Origin: Escherichia coli
GTDB lineage: Bacteria > Pseudomonadota > Gammaproteobacteria > Enterobacterales > Enterobacteriaceae
Strand: one strand, 5' to 3'
Assembly: GCF_003334765.1 (NCBI RefSeq)
Contig: NZ_QOWT01000004.1
Length of the DNA stretch: 64,000 nucleotides
Position 1 is the stretch's first letter, and each line of letters begins with the position of its first letter. The translations under genes and the position numbers were made by a program. Below are positions 35,922-47,774 of this stretch, in pieces. Below the pieces are notes generated by a model. It was given only the letters and a program-made list of their open reading frames with translations. It did no database searches and was not told the origin of the DNA.

Positions 35922-37247
35922 TTAACCTCTCAGAATCCCGCGATCGGGACTTACCCAACGGGCGCGTTGCTTTTTAGGCATCAACATGACTCGTGTAAAT
36001 GATACCAATGTCGTTGCCAGGCTCAGCATCCAGAAAATAACCGGGAACCAAATAATCCAGAAAAGCGATGAAGTCAGATTATGCTCATAGCGATTCTCGA
36101 TCATCAGGCTGACAATAAATTGCAGTAAACATAACGTACACAATAATATTCCGGCAGTATGTGTCGCAGCGATATGTGTCAATTCAATATTTAACGGTAC
36201 ACCGGCAAGTTGGACTGCGTAAATAATGAAACCGACCAGGCAGGTGAAGGCCCATATTGTCGTCAGGCAGTATTCAAAAAACAGCGGCCACATTCGAAAG
36301 TTTTCTTTGCGCCACAACCTTGTCATATTTTTGAGGAATACTTCTGCACCGCCCTGAGCCCAGCGCAGGCGCTGTTTCCACAGCCCTTTTAACGTTTCAG
36401 GCATTAATATCCAGCACAGTGCCCGTGGCTCGTAAAAAATCGTCCACTGATTCAACTGCAGCTTCCAGCTAATATCAATATCTTCGGTGATCATATCGTC
36501 ACTCCAGTAACCCACTTCTGCCAGGGCGCTGCGACGAAATGCGGCAATAACACCGGAAACGGTAAATACGTTTCCATAGATACGCTGGGTTCGCTTGATC
36601 AAACCAATAATTGAGGAATACTCGCCAACCTGAATTTTACCCACCAGGGTAGAACGTGTTCGAATACGAGGATTACCGGTTACGGCACCCACACGCGGGT
36701 TGTACAACATCGGTTCCACAATATATGCCGCCGCATCGCGGTCTAATAACGCATCGCCATCAATGCACACCAGATATTCACTTTTCGCCGCGGCAGCTCC
36801 GGTTTTAAGCGCAATGGCTTTCCCCTGGTTTTGCGCCAGATGAATGACCCGCAAATGGGGAATTTGTGCAGCCATGCGATCCAGGATGGCACGGGTTTTA
36901 TCTGTTGAACCGTCATTTACGGCAATAACTTCAATGTTCTCATAACGCTGTGCTAAAGCGGCGTGTATGGTTTCCTCAACGTTTTTCTCCTCATTAAAAC
37001 AGGGAATGATAATGGAGATAGACGGATTATCTTTCAACTGGGGAGCTGGTGCGTTTTCTCCCCACGGCCAGTGGCGTTCACGATAGACCCAGAAATAGAC
37101 GCCGCCAACAATCCACATAATGGACATAAAAAACGGCCAGAAGAAAACGAACCTCATCATCAGTTCACCAGAGTGAAAGTACGCTACGCATAGGGGTATG
37201 CATAACACCAGACATAATATAAAAAACGATACGATGCGATTAATCAT
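35922..37247 (-). CDS. pgaC: PgaC, poly-beta-1,6-N-acetylglucosamine synthase (GT2)
   Basis: 441-aa ORF with GT2 motifs ([13 protein letters not shown]-type QxxRW). Confidence 0.95.
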
Positions 37248-39258
37248 TTTTCGGATACCAGGCTGTTGAAAACTCAGGACGAATAAGGTCTATTTCAGGT
37301 TGGTTATGCAGAAAATTGTCGGGATAATAACCATAGTTTTTCACTCCATTCAGTTGTAATAGGCTCATCCAGTGAGCGAGTTGTTGCGAAGAAATAGCCT
37401 GATGCTGACCATTTTTCTGCCAGTTTTGTGCCTGTAATTCTAAAATAGATTTGTCTTTAGCCTGAGGGATGTTTTTAATTTGATTGGTCAATTGTATTAA
37501 CCATTGGTCAGCCGATTTTTCTGCGACACCTTCCAGATAAGGCATAGCCATAATAGCGGTCCAGTCATAGCTTTTTAGGAAATCAGCATAATTCTGTGCA
37601 AACCAGGCTTCACTTTCAGGTTGTATTACCGGAAGTGCAAAAATATTTCGTGCAGTTTTAATATGTGGACCGCGAATGGCTTTTACGCGCGCACTAAGTT
37701 CTAAAGTGAAGTCAGTTAACGCACGACTTTTAAAGCGGGCCCACTGTTTAAATTGCTCCGGGTTTTGTCGAATTTCGCTCAGACTCCCGCTAAAGCCTGC
37801 TTGCTGATAAGCCGTGATAGCCGGTGCACTGGCATCTTCATAATCTGAAAGCAAAGCATCATCGTGGAACAATATGCCATCAAAAGCAGCATGTCCGGCA
37901 AGATCTTCATATAACATGCCAACTTGTGCTCTGACTCTGTCATCGAAAGGAGAGAGACGGTGATATTGTTCAGGATGAATTTGTGCTTTTTTCTCCCCTG
38001 TTGGTAAGTATTTTACTCGCGTTAATGTGGGATCTAAATCCCAGCTTAATACCGGCATCCACGCATAGATGTTTACACCTGAGCGGGTACGTAATTGCCA
38101 GGCAACCCGACTAAAAATATCTGCTTTCATTGGTAGCAAACGATTTGGAAACCAGACCTCTTTGACCAGCCCATCACCATCGGGATCAGCAAATGCCTGC
38201 AAATACACGGTTGATATTTGCATATCTTTCACCCGCTGAATTAGCACATCAATATTGCGATCCATTTGCTGGAGGTTTTCGTCATAAACGTAATCAAGAT
38301 CGATATGCATTATCCGTTGTGGTGATTTTTCCTGTACGGTAATAATTTGCTGGGCAAACTCTTTTAATGAGGGATTATTGGCGATTAATACCCGCGGAAT
38401 GGAATCCAATTGCGACGCATTTGCCAAACCTGATTCAAGGGTGAAGAACATGTCATAACCGAGTTTTTTTAATTCCTCTATCGCTATGCCATTCGCTTCG
38501 CCATAAGGCCAAACAAAAACGTGTGGATTTACCTCAACCTTTGTACGCAGGTATTCCGTCATTTTTACAGCATCCAGACGAATTCTTTCCCGGTATTCTG
38601 CTGCGGTTTCATACCGTGCGTGGTCAGTAAAATATGCACGATTTACATATACAGGCAATAAGCTGCCGGTGGCATTAGCCTGAATACCGTAGTGAGAATT
38701 CCATGTATGAGAAGCGAGCTCAACGAGCCGGGAACGCGCAACTTCTCGCACTTGTTGCCACGTGGCAAAATATTCTCGATCGACCAACTCATCGCCAAAT
38801 TTTACTTGTTTATCCGCTGGCGTATCGACCCAACTGCCGACGGGGGCCCATACAGCAGGCCACTGGAAGGCCTGAAGAATTGGGAAGACGCGGGTATAAA
38901 AACTCTGGTAGCCGTCATCAAAAGTCAGCACTACAGCTTTTTCCGGTAGCGGTTTTCCTCCTCGATGTGCTTCACGAATTTGAGCAATACTGACCGGTTG
39001 ATAACCGTTCTCGCGCAGCCAGGCAAATTGTTCACGCAGTGCTGATGTCCGCACTGACATAAAACGCTGGTCGGCAGCTTCGTCTTCAACGTTATGCCAT
39101 GAAATCGCTACAAAACCATTATGCGGCCACGGTTGCTCGGCGAGTAAAGATTCGCGATCCTGTGGCGGTATAAATGATGTTCTTGACTGGCTAATGCACG
39201 CGGTGAGCATAATTATACTCACCAGCATCAGGAGATATTTATTTCCATTACGTAACAT
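37240..39258 (-). CDS. pgaB: PgaB, PNAG N-deacetylase lipoprotein
   Basis: 672-aa ORF with lipoprotein signal (LTAC), polysaccharide deacetylase domain. Confidence 0.95.
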
Positions 39259-39266
39259 ATTTATCC

Positions 39267-41690
39267 TTAAAATCTGAATGTCATATCGAATTCAACGTAT
39301 AAGTTGTGTTCTCTGTCACCGTCATAAGGTCGTTTTTCCCAGCGTAGCGTTGCGCCAGCATCAATCACGTCATTCCAACTAATGCGTTGCCCGTAGCCGA
39401 GTTGGGTGACGACATCCGTGCCATAATGTTTTTGCCAGGAGGCACCAACACCTGCGCTGAATATTTGCTCCCAGCTATTTTCATAGCTTCGCCATAACAA
39501 ATGGCTTGCCTCAAATGCCGGAACAATATCGAACGTTTTTATAGGGTTGTAGTATGGGGTATCGTGTTCTGTATTTTGTTCGTAATACAGACTGGGTAGG
39601 AAATCGACAATCAAATATGGTGAAGACCAGATGCGTTCCTGACCCTCAAGTGAGACTTCATGACGCTGGTTACTGTCGGAAAAATCAGTGAAAGCCCAGG
39701 AGACACCGTACTTACGCCGCTCATTTTGATACCAGCGAACATAAGCCTGAGCACTGTTGCCTGTAACACCATTTTTCATTGCCCGTAATGGAACGCGGTG
39801 AGAGAGGCGTTCCAGTTGCGAACCAATACGCCAGTTATCATTAAAATCATACCAGCCAGACAGGCGCGCGCCGGGTTTATGCTCATGATTGAAAACGCGT
39901 TCAGCGTACTCTGCCTCGAGCCAGATATTACGTGACCGCCACTCAACACCCGCAAGCCAGTCGCGAACAATCCCTTTTCCTTCGCTAAATTGTCCATCGG
40001 CATAACCGAATCCAGCAAAACCGCGCCAGTTATCCTTCAGCGGTGGTGAATAAACGATGGTGGTTAAGTCGACATCATGTTTACCACTATCCGGGCCTTC
40101 GGCATCAATTCCTGTTGAGCCAGCGATACGAAGCTCTGCAAGATTATGTACATCAACCGCACGTTTTAATCGTACAACGCCGGGATCTTGCGGTTCACGT
40201 TCGACAACATCGTGCGTTAAGACAGCTGCCTGCTGCCATTCTTGTAACGTTAATGCTGTCCAGGCTTGTTCAACCTCCAGATTAATATTACGTGGCTCGA
40301 TCACTTCTGCTTTTTTTAATTCATTTTCTGCTGCACGAGGCCAACCGCGGGCTTGTAACACACTCGCGTAATCAATGCGCAGTCCCTGATTTCCTGGTGC
40401 GTTATAAGCAAGCTCTCTGGCTGTCATTTCAGCCTGAGGAAGATCATTACTATATTTTGCTACGGTTGAGAGAAACGAATGCCCCTGTAACCAGGTATCA
40501 TTCGGGATGCTCGTAGGCGTGCCCATTAACCGAAGGAAAGGCGGCGAAGTATTAATGGTATGTTGGGTGACAGTTAGCGCGCCCGGATAATTTTCACTCT
40601 CCAGGTGGCTGTAAAAGAGATCCGCAAGTTCTTCATCGGATAAATCCGGGGCAATGGTCTCCTTGTGATAAAAGAGCTCGGTCATTATTGACTGTGCTTT
40701 TTTCGGCTGATGATCTTTGAGATAAGCCGATGCAACCCAATATTGCCCCCAGGGCGGAATAATTTGCCCCGTCTTTTTTAATCGCTGATAGTGAGAAATA
40801 ACGTCTTTATAACGATCGCGAGTTAATAACGCGCCAAGATGATCAACCTGAATACGCTGGTACTGGGCAGTGCGGTCTGGGTTATCGTGCCACAGAATTT
40901 CTAATGCAGCGTATTGGGCGAGGGCGCGATCGGCAATGGCATAACGTTCACTTTCACTGCGCGTAGGCATAAACGACAGTCTGACCAGTTCGGCATGAAT
41001 ATCAGCGCGAATATCTGGCGTTAAATTGGCATCGTCAATCGCGGCAGCAAGTTGATTATTACGTAATGCCTGCACGTATTCTGTGGGATATTGTTGCGTA
41101 GATGCATTTTCAGGTAATGACTCTGTCATCGCCCGTAATTCATCCTGATGACGCCCCGCCAGTTTATAGATATAGGCTTCTGCGAGTAAATTGGCTTTGT
41201 CCGGTGCTCCAGAGTTAAGCTGCTTAAGTTTAACCAGCGCAGTATCATAGTGACCAGCATCTGCCAGGGTTAAAATTTGTCCCCGTTGATAATCCTTATT
41301 TTGCGGCTCCAGAGAGAGCGCCTTTTGCCACAGTGTAAGCGAGTTTTGCCATTGTTGCAGGTTACGATAAGCGACGGCGACAGCTGCATAACCACGCGCT
41401 GGTAATTGCTGATGACGGTAGCGGTTGTAAACGGTAATAACCTGTTTATCTTGCCCGGCCCATAAGGCAATCTGTAACCAGTCAGCAATTTGGTTATTGC
41501 TGAGTGCTGATTTTAGTGCAAACCATGACAAAGCTGGCTGAGTATTACCCTTGCGAGCTTCAATAATCAATGCATCATAGGCGTTATTAACAGCACTCTT
41601 CGCCGCGGGACTCGCTGCTAAAAATGCGGCAGTAAGAAGTTTCAAAGCCCATTTGGTTTTCGGGCACCTTTTTCTGCTACTTGAATACAT
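39267..41690 (-). CDS. pgaA: PgaA, outer membrane PNAG export porin with TPR domain
   Basis: 807-aa ORF, N-terminal TPR-like repeats and C-terminal beta-barrel ending in aromatic residue (RF). Confidence 0.95.
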   Translation of the reverse strand: MYSSSRKRCPKTKWALKLLTAAFLAASPAAKSAVNNAYDALIIEARKGNTQPALSWFALKSALSNNQIADWLQIALWAGQDKQVITVYNRYRHQQLPARGYAAVAVAYRNLQQWQNSLTLWQKALSLEPQNKDYQRGQILTLADAGHYDTALVKLKQLNSGAPDKANLLAEAYIYKLAGRHQDELRAMTESLPENASTQQYPTEYVQALRNNQLAAAIDDANLTPDIRADIHAELVRLSFMPTRSESERYAIADRALAQYAALEILWHDNPDRTAQYQRIQVDHLGALLTRDRYKDVISHYQRLKKTGQIIPPWGQYWVASAYLKDHQPKKAQSIMTELFYHKETIAPDLSDEELADLFYSHLESENYPGALTVTQHTINTSPPFLRLMGTPTSIPNDTWLQGHSFLSTVAKYSNDLPQAEMTARELAYNAPGNQGLRIDYASVLQARGWPRAAENELKKAEVIEPRNINLEVEQAWTALTLQEWQQAAVLTHDVVEREPQDPGVVRLKRAVDVHNLAELRIAGSTGIDAEGPDSGKHDVDLTTIVYSPPLKDNWRGFAGFGYADGQFSEGKGIVRDWLAGVEWRSRNIWLEAEYAERVFNHEHKPGARLSGWYDFNDNWRIGSQLERLSHRVPLRAMKNGVTGNSAQAYVRWYQNERRKYGVSWAFTDFSDSNQRHEVSLEGQERIWSSPYLIVDFLPSLYYEQNTEHDTPYYNPIKTFDIVPAFEASHLLWRSYENSWEQIFSAGVGASWQKHYGTDVVTQLGYGQRISWNDVIDAGATLRWEKRPYDGDREHNLYVEFDMTFRF

Positions 41691-41924
41691 CCTGTATTAC
41701 TCCATGTATTGCCAAAATCTCTCTCTGTATCTAATTACAGGTAACTGAAAAGAAAGATATTTTTGCACCTCATAATCCGTTATTAAACGCGGAAGAGAGA
41801 CGTGAATTGTTGATGATGAGAAGAAGAAATGATGAGCAGAGTGTCCATATAAAATCCTTTTCTCGCCCGAAAATCCATTCCAATGATGAGGATCTTCAGG
41901 AATACGGCATAAATCCCAATGCCT
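41691..41924 (-). promoter_or_regulatory. pgaA 5' leader with multiple GGA motifs (CsrA binding sites)
   Basis: At least five to six GGA motifs on the mRNA strand including one overlapping the SD (caGGAtg context). Confidence 0.7.
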
Positions 41925-42276
41925 TTTTCAAAATAAATTAGGATTAAAATAATTAAATCAGTAAATTCCGATGCATGATTTCGGATTTTTCGAAAGTCCT
42001 GATGAAAGGCTGCGCTACGGCACTCACGGATTTAATTGTTATTCCTAATGTATCTATGAATTAATGTTTTATAAGGATTTTCTATAACCATTTATAAGTA
42101 TTTTCAAGCCTGGCTTGTTGCAAACAATGTATAAAGCACTTAGGCAATAATAATTACATTCAGCAACTATCATCATCGGTATTGTTTGTGGGCGGAATTT
42201 CATATTGACAACAGTACAGTTCTTATATCTATTAATAATAGAAAGGGATCTACAACCTACAGATTGGTGTAGCTTT

Positions 42277-43635
42277 ATGGAAAAAGACTATTTGAGAATG
42301 AGTAGTACTGTATTAGTGAGCTTATTGTTTGGGCTTGCTTTGGTTTTGGTGAATAGTTGGTTTAATCAGCCAGGCGTTGAGGAAGTTGTTCCACGATCAA
42401 CCTATCTGATGGTAATGATTGCTTTATTTTTTATCGATACTGTTGCATTTATTTTTATGCAGTTGTATTTCATTTATGACCGTAGGCAATTTTCAAACTG
42501 TGTACTTAGTTTGGCTTTTCTGAGTTGTTTGATTTACTTTGTTATAACCGTCATTATCATTCAGCAAATTATTGAGGAGCGTTTGACAAGCAGTGTTGTC
42601 CAAAATGACATTGCAATCTATTATTTGTTTCGTCAGATGAGTTTGTGCATATTAATATTTCTGGCATTGGTGAATAAAGTTAGTGAAAACACAAAACAGC
42701 GCAATTTATTTTCCAAAAAAATGACTTTGTGCATAAGTTTGTTTTTTGTTTTTGGGGGGCCGATAGTTGCTCACATACTTTCTAGTCATTATGAGAGCTA
42801 CAATTTACACATTGCCGAGTTAACCAATGAAAATGGTCAGGTGGTTTGGAAAGCCTCATATGTTACCATAATGATTTTCATGTGGTTAACCTTGCTTTCG
42901 GTTAATCTATACTTTAATGGTTTACGCTATGATATCTGGAATGGAGTGACGGTGATTGCTTTTTGTGCCGTACTGTACAATATCTCTCTGTTATTTATGA
43001 GCAGGTATAGCGTGTCCACTTGGTATATTAGTCGCACTATTGAAGTAGTCAGTAAGTTAACCGTTATGGTAATATTTATGTGCCATATATTCAGTGCGCT
43101 ACGAGTAACAAAGAACATTGCACATCGCGATCCCTTAACCAATATATTTAACAGAAATTATTTTTTTAATGAACTGACAGTTCAATCAGCATCAGCCCAA
43201 AAAACGCCTTATTGCGTCATGATTATGGATATCGACCACTTCAAAAAAGTCAACGACACCTGGGGGCATCCGGTTGGCGATCAGGTGATAAAAACAGTGG
43301 TGAATATCATTGGGAAAAGCATACGACCAGATGACCTTTTAGCGCGCGTCGGCGGCGAAGAGTTTGGCGTCTTGCTGACGGACATCGATACTGAACGTGC
43401 GAAAGCTTTAGCGGAAAGGATTCGGGAAAATGTTGAGCGTTTAACTGGCGATAATCCTGAATACGCTATACCACAAAAAGTGACGATTAGTATTGGCGCT
43501 GTTGTGACTCAGGAAAATGCGTTAAACCCAAATGAGATCTATCGACTGGCTGATAACGCACTTTACGAGGCGAAAGAGACCGGGCGTAATAAGGTGGTTG
43601 TGAGGGATGTGGTGAATTTTTGTGAGTCACCATAA
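42277..43635 (+). CDS. dgcT: Diguanylate cyclase DgcT/YcdT (MASE4 membrane domain + GGDEF)
   Basis: 452-aa frame from MEKDYLRMSSTVLV; N-terminal polytopic membrane domain, C-terminal GGDEF domain with RVGGEEFG active-site motif. Confidence 0.95.
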   Translation: MEKDYLRMSSTVLVSLLFGLALVLVNSWFNQPGVEEVVPRSTYLMVMIALFFIDTVAFIFMQLYFIYDRRQFSNCVLSLAFLSCLIYFVITVIIIQQIIEERLTSSVVQNDIAIYYLFRQMSLCILIFLALVNKVSENTKQRNLFSKKMTLCISLFFVFGGPIVAHILSSHYESYNLHIAELTNENGQVVWKASYVTIMIFMWLTLLSVNLYFNGLRYDIWNGVTVIAFCAVLYNISLLFMSRYSVSTWYISRTIEVVSKLTVMVIFMCHIFSALRVTKNIAHRDPLTNIFNRNYFFNELTVQSASAQKTPYCVMIMDIDHFKKVNDTWGHPVGDQVIKTVVNIIGKSIRPDDLLARVGGEEFGVLLTDIDTERAKALAERIRENVERLTGDNPEYAIPQKVTISIGAVVTQENALNPNEIYRLADNALYEAKETGRNKVVVRDVVNFCESP

Positions 43636-43981
43636 AGCGGCCTGGCACACGCGTTTGATGGAAGACGGCGTTCAGGCAATGCGCGATTATCTTGCCGGAC
43701 TGGATATCGCTTCGCCAGAGCATCAGGTTCTGATGAACGTAACAGCAAAAAGCGAGGTCGCTCCGTCAATTATCAAAGAAAATCTCTCATTACACTTAAC
43801 TCATACGGTGAAATGGACTGAATCTCTCGATACATTTCTGAATATGCCAACCCCGGTAGCTTTCCTTGAAATAAGTAATAAGCCCTATTTGGGGAATATG
43901 TTAAATGATTTTGCTGGCGTGGATCAGCAACGAGTTATGCATTGTCGTAAAGCATTTAGTGATGCAAAGGTATTCAAATGA
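43622..43981 (+). pseudogene. ymdE: ymdE, C-terminal fragment of a FabD-like malonyl-CoA:ACP transacylase
   Basis: 119-aa ORF alignable by eye to the C-terminal third of FabD (VKW/QWT, LEI/YEV segments) but lacking the N-terminal GHSxG catalytic region; overlaps ycdT 3' end and ycdU start. Confidence 0.6.
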
Positions 43982-44964
43982 TTCCTGATTATTTAACTTT
44001 TATTCGCTTTCAGGATAAACGAAATCTGATATACATTTATGCTATTGGACTTATTCTGATAGGCTTTTATTGGAAGAATGCAGGGTTTACTTTTCCATCA
44101 GAGGATATTGGTGTAGTTAGTGGGATTCTGGCTCTGGTGCTGTATAATTTTATTTTTGATCTCAAGGCGTACTGGGCTTATAAATGCGTCACGAAGAATA
44201 TCGATTTTTCGTGGTTTAAGAAAAAGCAGAACCACAAAATAGAATTATTTCTTACACAACCTCTGGTGGCAGGATTTCTGTCGTTAATCATGTTGAGTGC
44301 AATGAGTTGGGGGCTATACCAGCTTCTACCCTCGTTATATGCGCTGTTCCTGATTTCGTTACTTGGGCCGTTGGTCATCTTTCTGCTGTTTCGGATGATC
44401 CGCACCAGTTATGTCAAGCAGGTCGCTATTTCAGTAGCGAAAAAAGTAAAATATAAAAGTCTGACTCGCTATGTGCTGCTTTCGGTGTGCATCTCAACGG
44501 TTGTTAACCTGCTTACTATCAGCCCGTTGCGTAACAGTGATTCTTTTGTGACAGAGGGGCAGTGGTTAACGTTTAAATCGATAATTGCATTGCTCATTCT
44601 TTGTGGCGTAGTGTTGGCGATTAATCTGTTTTTTCTGCGCTTCTCCAAGCGGTACGCTTTTCTGGGCAGGCTTTTTTTGCAGGAAATCGATCTGTTTTTC
44701 TCCAGTGAAAATGCGTTGTCGACCTTTTTTGCCAAGCCGCTTTGGCTTCGGTTATTCATATTGCTGGTTATTGAAGTGATGTGGATTACGCTGGTGTCGG
44801 TATTGGCAACGCTTGTAGAATGGCGGATTTGGTTTGAAGCCTATTTTTTACTCTGCTATGTACCGTGCTTAATTTACTATTTTTTCTATTGTCGATTCCT
44901 CTGGCATAACGATTTTATGATGGCATGTGACATGTATTTCCGTTGGGGGCATTTTAATAAGTGA
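43978..44964 (+). CDS. ycdU: Uncharacterised inner membrane protein YcdU
   Basis: 328-aa AT-rich ORF with about 8 predicted TM segments. Confidence 0.85.
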
Positions 44965-45098
44965 GGAAGTGATAGGAAGTGACCAGATAATACATATATG
45001 TTCTGTACTCTCTTGCGCATTTTGATTGTTGACTGAGTAACCAGACAGTTGATGTGCACGATTTCCCCTCGCCCTAACAGACGTGGGCGGGGGCACCC

Positions 45099-45719
45099 GG
45101 TGTGTGCAATATACGAAAAAAAAGCCCGTACTTTCGTACGAGCTCTTCTTTAAATATGGCGGTGAGGGGGGGATTGACTCGCTTCGCTCGCCCTGCGGGC
45201 AGCCCGCTCACTGCGTTCACGGTCTGTCCAACTGGCTGTCGCCAGTTGTCGAACCCCGGTCGGGGCTTCTCATCCCCCCGGTGTGTGCAATATACGAAAA
45301 AAAAGCCCGTACTTTCGTACGAGCTCTTCTTTAAATATGGCGGTGAGGGGGGGATTGACTCGCTTCGCTCGCCCTGCGGGCAGCCCGCTCACTGCGTTCA
45401 CGGTCTGTCCAACTGGCTGTCGCCAGTTGTCGAACCCCGGTCGGGGCTTCTCATCCCCCCGGTGTGTGCAATATACGAAAAAAAAGCCCGTACTTTCGTA
45501 CGAGCTCTTCTTTAAATATGGCGGTGAGGGGGGGATTGACTCGCTTCGCTCGCCCTGCGGGCAGCCCGCTCACTGCGTTCACGGTCTGTCCAACTGGCTG
45601 TCGCCAGTTGTCGAACCCCGGTCGGGGCTTCTCATCCCCCCGGTGTGTGCAATATACGAAAAAAAAGCCCGTACTTTCGTACGAGCTCTTCTTTAAATAT
45701 GGCGGTGAGGGGGGGATTC
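45099..45719. repeat. Tandem direct repeats, 181-bp unit x 3 complete copies plus a 78-bp partial copy that continues into authentic serX
   Basis: Identical units begin at 45099, 45280, 45461, 45642; each contains a terminator hairpin plus A/T run and the 3'-terminal 19 nt of tRNA-Ser. Confidence 0.9.
45659..45686 (-). terminator. Rho-independent terminator of serX (hairpin with GAAA loop + U8)
   Basis: Minus strand reads gctcgtac-gaaa-gtacgggc followed by tttttttt immediately after the tRNA 3' end. Confidence 0.8.
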
Positions 45720-45787
45720 GAACCCCCGATACGTTGCCGTATACACACTTTCCAGGCGTGCTCCTTCAGCCACTCGGACACCTCACC
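45700..45787 (-). tRNA. serX: tRNA-Ser (anticodon GGA)
   Basis: Reverse complement gives GGTGAGGTGTCCGAGTGGCTGAAGGAGCACGCCTGGAAAGTG...GGGGGTTCGAATCCCCCCCTCACCGCCA: 88 nt, long variable arm, T-loop GTTCGAATC, CCA end. Confidence 0.95.
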
Positions 45788-45981
45788 AAATTGTCGTTCC
45801 TGTCTTGCTGGAACGGGCGCTAATTTAGGGAAATCATGACCTGAGGTCAACAAACTTTTTGAAAAAATCGCGCGTTTATTCAAACTTCAATCAATGTGTG
45901 GTTTTAATAAGCGAAATCTGCTTTTTTTGCCACCGACCACGGATTTGTTATGCTGGTGGCCTTTGTAGATCATAATGATAA

Positions 45982-46959
<978 letters not shown>

Positions 46960-47013
46960 TAAAGCATCAGGATTCCTGCTATCCTTGGCGGGAATTGAAT
47001 ACAGGAGAGAGTT

Positions 47014-47751
47014 ATGTATCCCGTCGACCTTCATATGCATACCGTTGCCAGCACACATGCATATAGCACATTAAGTGATTACATTGCCCAGGCCAAACAA
47101 AAGGGCATTAAACTTTTTGCGATCACCGATCATGGCCCGGATATGGAAGATGCGCCGCATCACTGGCACTTCATTAACATGCGTATCTGGCCGCGAGTGG
47201 TTGATGGGGTAGGGATCCTGCGCGGCATCGAAGCTAACATTAAAAATGTTGATGGTGAAATTGACTGCAGCGGTAAAATGTTTGACTCGCTGGATCTAAT
47301 TATTGCCGGTTTTCATGAGCCGGTTTTTGCGCCACATGACAAAGCGACCAATACACAAGCGATGATCGCCACTATCGCCAGCGGCAATGTGCATATAATA
47401 AGCCATCCCGGAAATCCCAAATATGAAATAGATGTGAAAGCCGTTGCTGAAGCAGCCGCGAAACATCAGGTGGCGCTGGAAATCAATAATTCCTCATTTT
47501 TACACTCACGTAAGGGCAGTGAAGACAACTGTCGTGAGGTAGCCGCAGCGGTACGTGATGCTGGAGGTTGGGTGGCATTAGGCTCGGATTCTCACACCGC
47601 GTTTACCATGGGGGAATTTGAAGAGTGTCTTAAAATCCTCGACGCGGTAGATTTTCCGCCAGAGCGCATTTTGAATGTTTCTCCGCGCCGCTTACTGAAC
47701 TTCCTTGAATCTCGCGGTATGGCACCGATTGCGGAATTTGCAGACCTTTAA
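47014..47751 (+). CDS. ycdX: PHP-domain zinc phosphatase YcdX
   Basis: 245-aa ORF starting [13 protein letters not shown] (PHP-domain His motif). Confidence 0.9.
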   Translation: MYPVDLHMHTVASTHAYSTLSDYIAQAKQKGIKLFAITDHGPDMEDAPHHWHFINMRIWPRVVDGVGILRGIEANIKNVDGEIDCSGKMFDSLDLIIAGFHEPVFAPHDKATNTQAMIATIASGNVHIISHPGNPKYEIDVKAVAEAAAKHQVALEINNSSFLHSRKGSEDNCREVAAAVRDAGGWVALGSDSHTAFTMGEFEECLKILDAVDFPPERILNVSPRRLLNFLESRGMAPIAEFADL

Positions 47752-47774
47752 TTACTAGTAATGGAAATATATTA

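Noticed and set aside
45099-45720. Possible CRISPR array
   Set aside because: Units are 181 bp and directly abut one another with no unique spacers; no cas genes nearby. This is a tandem duplication, not a CRISPR locus.
45102-45823. Three near-identical 119-137-aa ORFs on the + strand (45102, 45283, 45464)
   Set aside because: They are generated by reading through the 181-bp tandem repeat and run antisense into serX; no ribosome-binding sites and repeat-derived identity argue they are artefacts, not genes.
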